From a virus, in the IMG/VR virus record IMGVR_UViG_3300046804_004848, positions 73,960-137,959 of that record: a stretch of DNA of 64,000 nt; one strand, 5' to 3'. The notes below the pieces were generated by a model. That model saw only the letters and a program-made list of their open reading frames with translations. It searched no databases and was not told the origin of the DNA. Positions 19,061-29,796 of the stretch are shown piece by piece (positions within the stretch are counted from its first letter, which is position 1; every line of letters begins with the position of its first letter). Position numbers and translations under genes: made by a program.

Positions 19061-20117
19061 TTTGTTCTGCCTCCGCTAGTTCAGTATTTACTAGTTTTTC
19101 ACGTTGAGAAAATTCCTTCATTACCAAATCCATAATACCGTTTTCATTTTTTGTCCACTCTTTACGGAAGTAACGATGTACTTCACCATTTAAATCAGTA
19201 TACATATAGCGGTTTCCTTCTCTAGTAACAAATCCTTTTTTATCAATTAAGTCAAAAAAACCACTATAAGGATTCATACCTGTTTCGTATGGAATTTGTA
19301 CTTCAACATCTTCAAATGGTTTGGCAAAACGTGTTTTCATTACTTTACAACCTGCACGTATACCTAGCACATCGGATGTTTTGTTACCTTCTTCATCTTC
19401 TTTTAGTTTAAGTTTTTTCATTGCTACTAAAATACTACTAGCAAATACAAAACCTTGTCCACCACTTACGTTAGGATCAGGATTGTATGGGTCTTGTGAA
19501 GCATAGGTATGATTAGTTGCAACCAATCCTACATTGAATGAACCAAACATGTTTACACAGTTAGTAACCAATGCTTTTAATGCTTTAGCTTTGCGTCCCA
19601 TATCACCTTTAAGGTCACCACTATCAAATTGGTTTACTTCAGTAGGACTCATAAGCATACCTAAACTATCAATAACAAATAATACTTTAGGTCTTTCAGC
19701 AACAGGTGTTTCCTTATAGTCTTTCATAAAAGTTGAAATCGTTTTAGCAACATCATCAATCATTGCCATATTCATTTTCAACAATTTATCGTCGCTTGTA
19801 TCTACACCTAGTGCATGTAACCAACTTTCATCAAGTGCATTTTCGCTGTCAATTAAAACAACAAAAATACCTTGTTCTTGTGCATTTTTTACGATATTAC
19901 CACTGCAAATATATGATTTGCCACTACCACTTTCACCTGCAAATACAGTAACTTTTCCAAGTGGTACACCTTTATTAAAATCACCACTGATAAGATAGTT
20001 AAGGGCATAGTTGCCTGTTGAAATCCAATCAGTGGGATCATGAAATCCTATACTAATTCCTTCAATACTTTTTGTTACGTCTTTACGAAATTTACTTATA
20101 TCAAACGGTTTTCCCAT
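19053..20117 (-). CDS. uvsX: RecA/UvsX recombinase
   Basis: AGESGSGKS, IDSENA, IDSLG, DMGRKAK, NHTY, SGG. Confidence 0.96.
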   Translation of the reverse strand: MGKPFDISKFRKDVTKSIEGISIGFHDPTDWISTGNYALNYLISGDFNKGVPLGKVTVFAGESGSGKSYICSGNIVKNAQEQGIFVVLIDSENALDESWLHALGVDTSDDKLLKMNMAMIDDVAKTISTFMKDYKETPVAERPKVLFVIDSLGMLMSPTEVNQFDSGDLKGDMGRKAKALKALVTNCVNMFGSFNVGLVATNHTYASQDPYNPDPNVSGGQGFVFASSILVAMKKLKLKEDEEGNKTSDVLGIRAGCKVMKTRFAKPFEDVEVQIPYETGMNPYSGFFDLIDKKGFVTREGNRYMYTDLNGEVHRYFRKEWTKNENGIMDLVMKEFSQREKLVNTELAEAEQNA

Positions 20118-20122
20118 AGTCT

Positions 20123-20356
20123 TTACTTTGCAATAGAGTTATTTGTATATACTTTAAATAATTGTTTATCAAGTATACTTGGAGCACTGTCAGCAAGACA
20201 ATCAATTTCATAATCATTGGGGAAATGTTTTAGTGTTGATCTAGCACGATCACGTACTGAGCTTGGTACACGTGGGGTACGGCCTGGGTCGCATAGCTCT
20301 TCCAACAATTTTTTACCTTGCTTGAGTGCCCTGTATCTTTCATCAGGTAGTGTCAT
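20123..20356 (-). CDS. BPSL0761-like small protein
   Basis: MTLPDERYRA...VPSSVRDRARSTLKHFP. Confidence 0.7.
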   Translation of the reverse strand: MTLPDERYRALKQGKKLLEELCDPGRTPRVPSSVRDRARSTLKHFPNDYEIDCLADSAPSILDKQLFKVYTNNSIAK

Positions 20357-20367
20357 TTTGTTCTCCT

Positions 20368-20395
20368 AAAATGGAGTGGTGGAAACCCACCACTC
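20368..20395 (-). terminator. Hairpin downstream of the SSB gene
   Basis: GAGTGGTGG/CCACCACTC 9-bp stem followed by a short T run on the minus strand. Confidence 0.6.
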
Positions 20396-20408
20396 AGCAC
20401 ACTGCTAT

Positions 20409-21392
20409 TTACGCTTGCGCAGTCTTCTTACTACGAATCATAGCAAGAATGTTGGCAGTTGTATCAGAGGTTTGAGGTGTTGTAACCTTTACTTCAGAAG
20501 TTACAACAGGCTCCTCATCCTCATCTACTACAGGAGTTGAAACTTGTTGACGTGGTGTAGCAACATATGAATCGTCATCATGGTAAGCAGTATCTTTAGA
20601 TGCTTGTACACCACGTGGACGGAAATATGCTCCCCACTTGTCAGTATCGTATTCCTCACCATTAACACTAGCGTCAAACATTTCTTTCATAACACGTAGT
20701 TCGCTTTCGCTAGGTTTCTTTGGTAAGAAATCTTTTAAATTAAATAAACCATGCTTGTCTACAGCAGCATGCTCAGCCTCAGTGAGTGCACTTTCTTTAC
20801 GTGCCCATCCACTTGTGCTGTAATCAGCATAACCACCTTTGCTAGTCTTAACGATTTTGAAATCAAGACCCTTCAAATAATGTGTGGGATTTTCCTCAAT
20901 CTCAGGATCCATCAAACTACTCTTAATCACACCAAAAATTTGTGGTGAAATAATAAAACGACGAATTGGGTTTTCAGGTAAACTATCTTCCTTAAACGCA
21001 GAACCACGCACAAAACCTTGGAAAATATAAGTACGCTTTTTCCAATACTTGTTTGCAATTTCTTTCAATGATGCGTCTTTATACCATGTACGTACTTCAG
21101 CAAGAATAGGGCAATTGTCTCCATACATTTCAACGCATGGTACTTTGACAAATACTTTCCTTGATTCTTGACCCTTGATACCACTAAATTCTAACGTAAT
21201 TAAATTACGCTCAACCCAAAAATAATCATTCAATCCATCAGCATCAGGTAAGAAACGAACCGTAGTGGTTGTGTTTTCTTCCATATTCCAAAATGGATAG
21301 ATGGCATTATCGCCTGTATATTGTGTGTTATTTTGGGGATTTGATTTGGCTTCTTGTGCAGCCAATTTTGCACGAATTGCAGCTAATGACAT
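20409..21392 (-). CDS. Single-stranded DNA-binding protein, T4 gp32-like
   Basis: VRFLP, C..MYGDNCPI, DFKIVKTSKGGYADYSTS, acidic C-terminal region. Confidence 0.9.
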   Translation of the reverse strand: MSLAAIRAKLAAQEAKSNPQNNTQYTGDNAIYPFWNMEENTTTTVRFLPDADGLNDYFWVERNLITLEFSGIKGQESRKVFVKVPCVEMYGDNCPILAEVRTWYKDASLKEIANKYWKKRTYIFQGFVRGSAFKEDSLPENPIRRFIISPQIFGVIKSSLMDPEIEENPTHYLKGLDFKIVKTSKGGYADYSTSGWARKESALTEAEHAAVDKHGLFNLKDFLPKKPSESELRVMKEMFDASVNGEEYDTDKWGAYFRPRGVQASKDTAYHDDDSYVATPRQQVSTPVVDEDEEPVVTSEVKVTTPQTSDTTANILAMIRSKKTAQA

Positions 21393-21540
21393 TTTATATT
21401 CTCCTTAAAAAGTTAAAAGTGTAGCTAAAATTGAGACCTAAGTGTAGTTGCGAGAACAACGAACACAGATTGAATAATACTTGATTTCTTTCTGTGTTAA
21501 AAGTATTTAGGATAAACAGGTACGCAAAAAATATATATTC

Positions 21541-23442
21541 TTAACGTACTGAATTATGACCCATAAATTTGCGTAATTCACGTGCTTGTTTGATTGCTCG
21601 CTTGGCATCTTTACGCTTTTGGGCAGGTGTGCGTGTATCTTGCAAATCTTCAGGTGTTCCACCAATTGGGCTTAAACTATTTCCACCAAAATAATTTGGG
21701 TTATCAGCCTCATGTAATTCATGCCCCATACGTTTTTTCACTATGTCCATAATATATTGTACATCATCATCACTTAATTGTGGACTCATACACTTGCGCC
21801 AATATCCAAATTTTTGTTCTTCAGATAAATTAGGATCAATTAATACCTTGCGCATATCTGTGCCACGTGGTCCATTTATATTCTTATATGGGTCATTCGT
21901 TTGTTGCCTACTTAGCACATCTAATGTTTCAAAATTATAACTGCGCCCATTATACTCTTTTACATGACTCATGCTATCAGCACGATCATTACCAAATATA
22001 GCCGTAACATGCTTATATCCTAATTCATTTAACTTCTTCAACGCACTCATCAATGTAGGCATACTATCGTCAGCAGCAACAAAAGATTGTTTGTGATTAG
22101 GAAATACTTTGTGATAGATAGATAATTTTTCACTAGGTGTAAGCGGATCATCTTCACCCATTGTTCTGCTTAATATCACATAAGGATCTGCACCTTGTTC
22201 ATTAGCTGTGGTAAACACACTGTTAGCTAAGTACATATGCCCACGGTGACCCATACAACGACCAAAAGTTATTACCGCACGATCACTTTTACCATTACGA
22301 CTAATTGATTCTTTTAAATACTTAGATTCATTTTTGAACTTATTTGCTCTAGTAAATGCGCCACGTTTGACTAGTTTGATTGGGTTAACACCTTCGTTAA
22401 TATCGTAAACAAATCCTTCACCACCACGTTGTCCATCAGGTAATTCTGCCTCAATGCCTAACTTGCGTAATGTACTTTCTTCAAGTTGGTCAACAATTAA
22501 ATCTTTAATTTTCATAGTAGCACGTATCATCCTAAAAGTGTCATTAGCTCCATCTAAATGTGTTTTTAAATGTTCAGCCAATATGTTTTGTTCTTTGGCA
22601 GATAAACTATCACGTGCATAGGTAGTGAAATTATCTCCTAAATTATGTAACGCATCTAAGTCATTTTCATTAATTTGACTGTTGACATATTCATATAGAA
22701 TCTTTTTTATAACCATTGGTGATACAAACTCATTAATACTATTACGCTTTTGTTTGGCAAAGTTCCAATATTTTTCTAATAATGTACGTTCTAATTTTGG
22801 TGAATCACTTGTATGTAATGGTGGAATAACAACAACTTTATTACCTGTAAAACTATTGGCATAATCACCTACAGGATATCGTCTACCACCTGTAGCGGGT
22901 AAGTCACGAAAATATGCAGTGGCGGCACATCCACTTACACTATTGGCAATACGTTGTCCTAATTGACTTTGTGGGTTTATTTTATAAATTACAGTATTTG
23001 GGTTACATTGGAAACAATTTTCTAAAAGACCTGGCGAATTTTTGTATAACAATCCTGCTTCTAAGTAACCACGAAAATCCTTTGGCGTTGCTGCTTCATA
23101 TATTTCATACAATGCTGCCATATCACGTGCAAATTGTTCACGCTCAAATGTACGCTTAGGTTTACGTCCAATATATTGTTCATATACTGCTTGTGGACTG
23201 TCTACAATATCACGACTATATTTGTCACCAAAGTGAAAACGACCATTGTCTGTCCTACCGAAAATTATAGCAGGACTACCATCCCATTTTACTTCAAGTG
23301 GTTGACGTTTAATAATACCTGCAATACACTCAAGCACACGTTTTATACCACGTGCGCCTTCTATGTAAATTAAATCTTCAAGGTGTTGGAATTCACGACC
23401 AACAGGTGGTTTAGCAGATTCCAACAGTATTGATGTTGACAT
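21541..23442 (-). CDS. Fusion of a ligase-like (KWDG) domain and a cytidylyltransferase-like domain
   Basis: HLEDL, KWDGSPA, GEGFV, KLVKR; then TFGRCMGHRGH, DPL, GNDR, RGTDMR. Confidence 0.75.
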   Translation of the reverse strand: MSTSILLESAKPPVGREFQHLEDLIYIEGARGIKRVLECIAGIIKRQPLEVKWDGSPAIIFGRTDNGRFHFGDKYSRDIVDSPQAVYEQYIGRKPKRTFEREQFARDMAALYEIYEAATPKDFRGYLEAGLLYKNSPGLLENCFQCNPNTVIYKINPQSQLGQRIANSVSGCAATAYFRDLPATGGRRYPVGDYANSFTGNKVVVIPPLHTSDSPKLERTLLEKYWNFAKQKRNSINEFVSPMVIKKILYEYVNSQINENDLDALHNLGDNFTTYARDSLSAKEQNILAEHLKTHLDGANDTFRMIRATMKIKDLIVDQLEESTLRKLGIEAELPDGQRGGEGFVYDINEGVNPIKLVKRGAFTRANKFKNESKYLKESISRNGKSDRAVITFGRCMGHRGHMYLANSVFTTANEQGADPYVILSRTMGEDDPLTPSEKLSIYHKVFPNHKQSFVAADDSMPTLMSALKKLNELGYKHVTAIFGNDRADSMSHVKEYNGRSYNFETLDVLSRQQTNDPYKNINGPRGTDMRKVLIDPNLSEEQKFGYWRKCMSPQLSDDDVQYIMDIVKKRMGHELHEADNPNYFGGNSLSPIGGTPEDLQDTRTPAQKRKDAKRAIKQARELRKFMGHNSVR

Positions 23443-23443
23443 A

Positions 23444-26269
23444 TTATAGACCTGATAGTTTTCTAATCCTATCAAGTGATCCTTCTTCAAGATCCATTGG
23501 GACTTTATCTTTTTTATGTTTTACTTCACCACGCTTATCAGCTTGTTTTTTATCTTTGTGTTTGCCCATACCCCCACCACCAATTCCTGCCATAGCATTT
23601 TTGGCTACAGGGTTACGTACTTTTACTGAAGATTCTTTGTCTTTAGATGCTTCTTTTACAGGGGGATTAGAATATAAACCGACAACTTCTTTATACGCAG
23701 GTTTTAAGTGAGTATTAATATAATCTAAATATTGTCCTTGTTCATTAGGACGCACAAATTTTTTAATTCTTTCTTCTACATAAGGAATTGCTTGATAGAT
23801 ATATTTTAGTAAATGAGGAATAACTTTGGGATTTTGCCATAAATCACTTTTAGTCATTTCAGTCCATTTTATACCATTAATCACAGGTCCTTGATAGGTG
23901 CGAAACATATCTAATAATTCATTAGTTGCTGCTTGATCAATACCATGATTTTTCAGTGCAGCACTTTTAAATGATATAAACATACTCCAAGCTTGTAACA
24001 ACTCAAATAATTTCTTTTCTGTTGCGTTTTTGGGTATACCTTCATCTAACATTGCGTTTTCATTGGCTTTATTTTTAACACAATTAGGATATTTTTTACC
24101 AAACATTGTTTTCATACCATCTTTATGATAGCCTTTCCAACATGCTTCTTCAATTTCACCTTCAAACTCTTTTAAATATTCCTCTACTGCAGCACTAGGT
24201 TGCTGTGTACGTTGTTTGAGCATCTTTGCTGTATCATCTGCTGCACGTACAAAACCTTGGTCATCAAAACGTTTCTTTTGTTTTTGTAACAAAGCTCGCA
24301 TTTCATCAGGTGTAGGCATCTTACCTTTAAGCTCATTAACTTGCTCACCACCCTTAGTCACGAGTATTGCTGCAGGTGCACTACCTACTTTTACAGTCTT
24401 TACAGTAAACCCACCACCAAGCACACTTTGTACATAACCTTTTAATTCTTGTGGAGTAAATCCTTTTTGGAACGTTCCTGCAGTTGTAATGATACTATTA
24501 GGTTCATCTTGTGGCTCACCTTTTGCAGATAAAACATCTTTGCCACGTGTTGTGATAAGTGCTGAACCACCTTGCATAAGGATACGACCAATATCTTTTA
24601 CTGCTGCATCACGCCAACCTTTATCATTAGGTATAACATTAAGAACATTTAATGATACAATTTTTGCGTATGACTCATCAGGTATACTATCAACACGATC
24701 AAAGTTAGGCTTAAATCCTGCCTTAGGATGCATTTCATAACTATCAGCACCAATCTCTGATGAACCTAATCCCAATCCCGCACCAAAGTCTAATGTCTTG
24801 CCTTGCGGTCCGTCTACTTTATCTAACAAACCTTTTGCATAACGATAGGTGGGTAAAGTACCTGCAATTTGTGTTTTTTGTGACAAACGTGGGTCATAAT
24901 CTTCACGCATGCCACCTTCAGGAGCAGGTGGAGGTGGAGGAGGTGGTGGAACATCTTGTGGCGCAGGTGCTGCTGTTTTTGGGGCAGCTTTTGGAGCAGG
25001 TGTTGGAGCAACAGCAGGAGTTTCTTCTGCAGAAATTTTATCAAGAATTTCCTCATAGTGTTTATCTTGTGCATTTTCTTGCATCCAACCAATGATAATA
25101 GGACGTGCATCTTGGTCAGGTTTACTCATACCTGCTTTTTGTAAGCGTGAATTTAACGCAGGTTCGTCAAGAATACCTTCAATTTCATTGATAGCATTTT
25201 TGCCATCAGGTCCTAATGTTAAGAACTCGCTATCTGCTCCAAGTAAATCTACTAAATCATCAAGTGAACCTGTTGATGTTGGATGTAATACTTCATTAAC
25301 AATACCACTAGCCCACTCGTTAAAATCATTGACTTCAGACATTTCTGTTATGTTCTTAGACAAACGATGTAACACAGGAATTGCGCTTTCTACACGTGGA
25401 TCTAAGCGTTGTGTTAAAAACATTTGTGAAATGGATGTGTCAACATTGTCTTCGTTTAATGTAGGTTTCCAACTTTCAAAATACTTATTATATCCACGTG
25501 AACCTTGTAACTGTTTAACAGTTTCACGCAATGCTTGATAATGATTTTGCGCTTCGTTTACTAATTTTATTGCGCTTTCGTTAAATTGTTTGTTGCGTGT
25601 GGCACGTACAAAACCACCTAAACGGTTGATATCTTCTGCTATTTCGCTAATATGGTTCCAACGCTCATCATTATAACGACCACCTTCAGCTAAATGTCTA
25701 GCATATGCTCTTGCTACGCTTGGTTTTTTGGTATCAAGTAAAAATCTTTCACCTGTTTCTGTTTCTAAAAAAATCTTTTGAATATTACGAAAACGTGCAT
25801 CAGTTTCTTCTAATGGTCGGCTATGTTTAAGGATCATCTTCACCGTACCAGGATTCTTATCGCTATAACTTGTATGGCGTGTACCGTAATAACCTTCATC
25901 TAATTTTTTCTGATGTTCACGTTTTTTCATATCAGTAGCTAACCTATCAATATTTTTTGTTTTAAAATCTAACTGATGCATCATGGCAAAGCGTTTTAAT
26001 TGTTTAACAAACTGAAACCAATCATCGCTACCATCATCTTCATTCATAATAGCATCATCATAATACAAATTTAATGACTTAGTACCGTCAATTGATACGG
26101 TTGCAGTTGCTTTTTCATTGCCATTAGGTGCGAATTTAAACTGAAATAATTCAGCATCATCGGGTATAGGCACTTGTTTACCACTACTATCATATGGAAT
26201 AGCATCCATACCTTTAGCATCTAAAAAATTGTCTAAGTCTACATTGATAAGTTCATTATTCTTTGGCAT
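23444..26269 (-). CDS. Large multidomain probable virion protein with an internal SAM methyltransferase domain
   Basis: Pro-rich linker; TLDFGAGLG...SLNVLNVI...GTFQKGF; CWKGY...PNCVK; NPVAK...KHK; ends LDRIRKLSGL. Confidence 0.75.
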   Translation of the reverse strand: MPKNNELINVDLDNFLDAKGMDAIPYDSSGKQVPIPDDAELFQFKFAPNGNEKATATVSIDGTKSLNLYYDDAIMNEDDGSDDWFQFVKQLKRFAMMHQLDFKTKNIDRLATDMKKREHQKKLDEGYYGTRHTSYSDKNPGTVKMILKHSRPLEETDARFRNIQKIFLETETGERFLLDTKKPSVARAYARHLAEGGRYNDERWNHISEIAEDINRLGGFVRATRNKQFNESAIKLVNEAQNHYQALRETVKQLQGSRGYNKYFESWKPTLNEDNVDTSISQMFLTQRLDPRVESAIPVLHRLSKNITEMSEVNDFNEWASGIVNEVLHPTSTGSLDDLVDLLGADSEFLTLGPDGKNAINEIEGILDEPALNSRLQKAGMSKPDQDARPIIIGWMQENAQDKHYEEILDKISAEETPAVAPTPAPKAAPKTAAPAPQDVPPPPPPPPAPEGGMREDYDPRLSQKTQIAGTLPTYRYAKGLLDKVDGPQGKTLDFGAGLGLGSSEIGADSYEMHPKAGFKPNFDRVDSIPDESYAKIVSLNVLNVIPNDKGWRDAAVKDIGRILMQGGSALITTRGKDVLSAKGEPQDEPNSIITTAGTFQKGFTPQELKGYVQSVLGGGFTVKTVKVGSAPAAILVTKGGEQVNELKGKMPTPDEMRALLQKQKKRFDDQGFVRAADDTAKMLKQRTQQPSAAVEEYLKEFEGEIEEACWKGYHKDGMKTMFGKKYPNCVKNKANENAMLDEGIPKNATEKKLFELLQAWSMFISFKSAALKNHGIDQAATNELLDMFRTYQGPVINGIKWTEMTKSDLWQNPKVIPHLLKYIYQAIPYVEERIKKFVRPNEQGQYLDYINTHLKPAYKEVVGLYSNPPVKEASKDKESSVKVRNPVAKNAMAGIGGGGMGKHKDKKQADKRGEVKHKKDKVPMDLEEGSLDRIRKLSGL

Positions 26270-26296
26270 GATAAATCCACTTTTATAGTGTATTTA

Positions 26297-27871
26297 TCAG
26301 GTTATAGAACTTAATGTCATTATAAAGGGCATGGGTTCAACGTATTCACTGTGGTCACGAATATGTGTATCTAAATCACTATGATAATTTTGAAGGTGCT
26401 GTAAAATACGTACAACAAGTAATGTTGCCATTACTAAGTCATCTGTTTCGCCTATTTTAGCAGCATAACTACCTTGTGCTGCAACAAAAGACTTGAGTTC
26501 TGTCACTAATGCTTTACTTTTAAGCACCATTTTTTGACTTTCAATAAGGTTTTTAAGCTTACTACATGCTGCTAGTTTACTTTTTTGTGTTGTATTGAAA
26601 CCTTTTCTATAACGTTTTACTGCACCCACCTGTTTAGGCTCACTTAACATCGTACCTTTAATATTTTCTTCACCATATTCTGATAAAGAAATTAAAGCAG
26701 CTTCACCAATCGTATTGTTCTCTAAACTATAATATAAATTATTAGGTTCATTGGTACATTCTACAATATAATCATTAATCTTTGCTAGTAACTTAATTTG
26801 TTCAGGTATGGTAGTTCTATTATGTTTCCACTCTCCAATTTGTGTGGTAGTATTAGCTTCAAAAATTTGTATAGCAGCAGGGTCACTACCTGTACCTAAA
26901 CTTGGGTCTAATCCCACACAGTAAATATTTCCTTTTTTTGGTTTAGAATACCATCTTATTTGACCCATACGTTCAATGGGTTCAATGCCTTCAAGCGTAG
27001 TTAACATTAGTGGATTAATTAATGTTTCATCACCAATAACAAATTCACAACCAATTTCTCGTCTAAATCTTTCTTCACCAAGTTGGGATTTCATGGATTC
27101 AGCCCATGCGTCATCACGGCCTGGTTGCTCGCTCCAATGTGCTTTATATGCTTTAAAACCATTAATTCCTAATTCTGTATCATTACCATACTCATCTTGA
27201 GTTTTATTAGCTGCTTTCCAAATTAATGCAAACTGATCTTCATCACTATTTGGGGTACTTGTTATAATTGCCTTACCACCTGTTGCTAGTGTAGGAGCAA
27301 TAGAAGTCCAAAATTCTTTAGCTATACTTGGTCTAACGAACGCAAATTCATCAAGATATAATAATGATATAGAAAGACCACGACCTGTATTTTCTGTTGT
27401 AGTAGCACTAATAATTCTACTACCATTTTCAAAATCTAATGATCCTTTGTTATAAGTTACAACACCTGCTTTAATATGAGTAGGACAGTTTTCATAACCA
27501 TAACGTATACGTTGCATAATTTCCTGCGAACCTGCATACTTATGCGCTGCTACTAAAATTGTACTGTCGGGAACAAACATGGCATACCAAAGTAAATAAC
27601 CTGCAGCACTTGTAGATTTACCACTTTGACGTGGCATCAAAGATATTGAATAACGATAATTATGATAAGTTTCAATTAAACGTTTTTGATAATCATATGG
27701 ATGATAATTCATACTACCCTTAGTAGGGTGTTGAATCATGAAAAAATTATCCATAAAATACAGATAACCTGTATTAGGATCACAGCATTTTAAGAAATCT
27801 TGTAACTGTTTGTCATCCTTAAATGATGTTAACTCATAAGGATTCTTAATAAGTTGAATACTACTATTCAT
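26297..27871 (-). CDS. Terminase large subunit, T4 gp17-like
   Basis: PRQSGKS, LDEFAFV, ITSTPN, GLDPS.G, DDLVMA. Confidence 0.97.
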   Translation of the reverse strand: MNSSIQLIKNPYELTSFKDDKQLQDFLKCCDPNTGYLYFMDNFFMIQHPTKGSMNYHPYDYQKRLIETYHNYRYSISLMPRQSGKSTSAAGYLLWYAMFVPDSTILVAAHKYAGSQEIMQRIRYGYENCPTHIKAGVVTYNKGSLDFENGSRIISATTTENTGRGLSISLLYLDEFAFVRPSIAKEFWTSIAPTLATGGKAIITSTPNSDEDQFALIWKAANKTQDEYGNDTELGINGFKAYKAHWSEQPGRDDAWAESMKSQLGEERFRREIGCEFVIGDETLINPLMLTTLEGIEPIERMGQIRWYSKPKKGNIYCVGLDPSLGTGSDPAAIQIFEANTTTQIGEWKHNRTTIPEQIKLLAKINDYIVECTNEPNNLYYSLENNTIGEAALISLSEYGEENIKGTMLSEPKQVGAVKRYRKGFNTTQKSKLAACSKLKNLIESQKMVLKSKALVTELKSFVAAQGSYAAKIGETDDLVMATLLVVRILQHLQNYHSDLDTHIRDHSEYVEPMPFIMTLSSIT

Positions 27872-27889
27872 TACATATCTTAAAATATC

Positions 27890-29770
27890 TTAATTGACTT
27901 CTTGCCATTCAATACTTGCATAAACATCTTGGTTAGTACCAATAGTTGCGGCTGTCATTACATATTCGTACATTACATTAGTAAAAGGCTGTCTTTGTAG
28001 TTGAACTTCAAAACCAAATGATTCCTGACTTGGAGCTGCCGCAGTTTGATTACTTGACATAATAAATCCTTCAGTAACAATTTCTCCACTACTGACCGCA
28101 GTAGGTGCTAAATTATATTCAACGGGACTTGATGCTCCGATGCCAGTCCATGTTCCACCAGTAGTTACTGCTCTACTATAGATACGGTACTTAAATGTAC
28201 TTTGTGCTACGGGTGCTATGGTAAAGAATGTAGGCAATACAATACTATCAGGACAAGTGCTTAATAATCTTATGCTTAACAATGGCTTAAAGCTAGTGTC
28301 GTTGGGTAATTGTATTGGAGTACCCAAATTATGTCCAATACTTCTAGGTGTTCCTGACAATGAGTAACCACCTTCACTAATTACTGTACTACAAATTTGT
28401 CTTAGTGTGCTAGAACTACTTGCTGTACCTGTGTTCTCAATTTCAAATCTTAGTGGCAAACTACCTGTAGACATGTATGTTGTAGTGTTACCTGGTATAT
28501 TAGCATGGTTAAATGTATGTACAACAATATATTGACCACCAATGATGAATCCTGTGCGAACGCTACCTACACCTAACCATTCAATGTCACAGAAAAAGAT
28601 TTGGTCTACTGCCGTATTCAACTCAACACCACTAGGTCCAAGACCATTTAATGGATCACCATTCCAACTACTTTGTGCTACTCTATTTTCAACTACACTA
28701 CCTGAACTATAACTACGAATGACCATATACAGTGTGCTGTCACTTTGTTCAAAATAAATGCCATTCTGACTGTTGAAATAACCCACACGTTGGCGTAGAT
28801 TAGGTTTAGCAATATTCATACAGAATGATGAATAAATTAGTAAACTCTTACCAGGCTGATATGGGAATACTTTATATGTTTCTGCATATACTTTATCACC
28901 GCTAGCAGTATTAACTGCCATAGCAAATGTGCTACTGTTACTATCAAATGTATACGTACCTGCACCTGCTGTATTGCTAGCAAATTGATTATGATTGTAG
29001 TATCTAGTTTGTGTATCAAATAATGTTTGTGGATTACTTACACGCAATCTACCAAAACTATCACTTTGTGTTGGCGCAAAAAAGCTTGCATTATTTACAC
29101 CTTCTACGTATAATGGATTAGTTACACTGTTTACATTACTGTCTTTTGATACAGATATAGGATTACCTGTATCATTTTTAATTTCAACTTCGGGCATTGT
29201 TCCAATATTAACGTTTCCTGTAATACCAACATTACCATCAACCGTTAAACTACCACCACCATCTACTACTGTAACATTAGCAGTAATTCCTGCTATATTT
29301 CCTGTAATACTACTGACTGCAACAGTACCTGTTACAGCAGCATTGACATTCCCACCTGTTATATTGGCATTGACATTGGGCATTGTTCCAATATTAATAT
29401 TACTAGTAATTCCTGCTATATTTCCTGTAATACTACTGACCGCTACAGTACCTGTTACCGCAGCATTTACATTGGGCATTGTTCCAATATTTACATTACC
29501 ACTTACGCCTACGTTACCACCTGCGATTGTAACGTTACTATTGCCATCAATACTTACAGGCATCCATGGTACTGTTAGGTTACCTGAATTACCAACTTCA
29601 GAAATATGTGCATCGATATTACCAGGTATATTTACATTACCTTCAATGACAATATTTCCTGTAAAACCTGTGCGTACATAAACATTACCACTTGTTTCAT
29701 CTAAAGCAAGTGCTTGGTTGATATTACGTAAATACCATGGGGCTACATTGGATGGGTTAGGTTCTGCCAT
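27890..29770 (-). CDS. Probable structural (fibre/decoration) protein with N/G/I/T-rich repeats
   Basis: NIGTMP x3, VTGTVAVSSITGNIAGIT x2; DSFGRLRVS, YQPGKS, WLGVG domain. Confidence 0.7.
   Translation of the reverse strand: MAEPNPSNVAPWYLRNINQALALDETSGNVYVRTGFTGNIVIEGNVNIPGNIDAHISEVGNSGNLTVPWMPVSIDGNSNVTIAGGNVGVSGNVNIGTMPNVNAAVTGTVAVSSITGNIAGITSNINIGTMPNVNANITGGNVNAAVTGTVAVSSITGNIAGITANVTVVDGGGSLTVDGNVGITGNVNIGTMPEVEIKNDTGNPISVSKDSNVNSVTNPLYVEGVNNASFFAPTQSDSFGRLRVSNPQTLFDTQTRYYNHNQFASNTAGAGTYTFDSNSSTFAMAVNTASGDKVYAETYKVFPYQPGKSLLIYSSFCMNIAKPNLRQRVGYFNSQNGIYFEQSDSTLYMVIRSYSSGSVVENRVAQSSWNGDPLNGLGPSGVELNTAVDQIFFCDIEWLGVGSVRTGFIIGGQYIVVHTFNHANIPGNTTTYMSTGSLPLRFEIENTGTASSSSTLRQICSTVISEGGYSLSGTPRSIGHNLGTPIQLPNDTSFKPLLSIRLLSTCPDSIVLPTFFTIAPVAQSTFKYRIYSRAVTTGGTWTGIGASSPVEYNLAPTAVSSGEIVTEGFIMSSNQTAAAPSQESFGFEVQLQRQPFTNVMYEYVMTAATIGTNQDVYASIEWQEVN
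29283..29473. repeat. Imperfect ~68-bp direct repeat, period 123 nt
   Basis: gtaattcctgctatatttcctgtaatactactgac at ~29283 and ~29406. Confidence 0.85.
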
Positions 29771-29796
29771 AATAATATCTCTATTAATTTATTTAT

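Noticed and set aside
26297-27871. Intron or intein in terminase (also checked uvsX, ligase, thyX)
   Set aside because: Normal lengths and contiguous motifs
29283-29473. Diversity-generating retroelement template/variable repeat pair
   Set aside because: Both copies are in frame in one gene, differences are synonymous and not adenine-specific, and no reverse transcriptase is in the window
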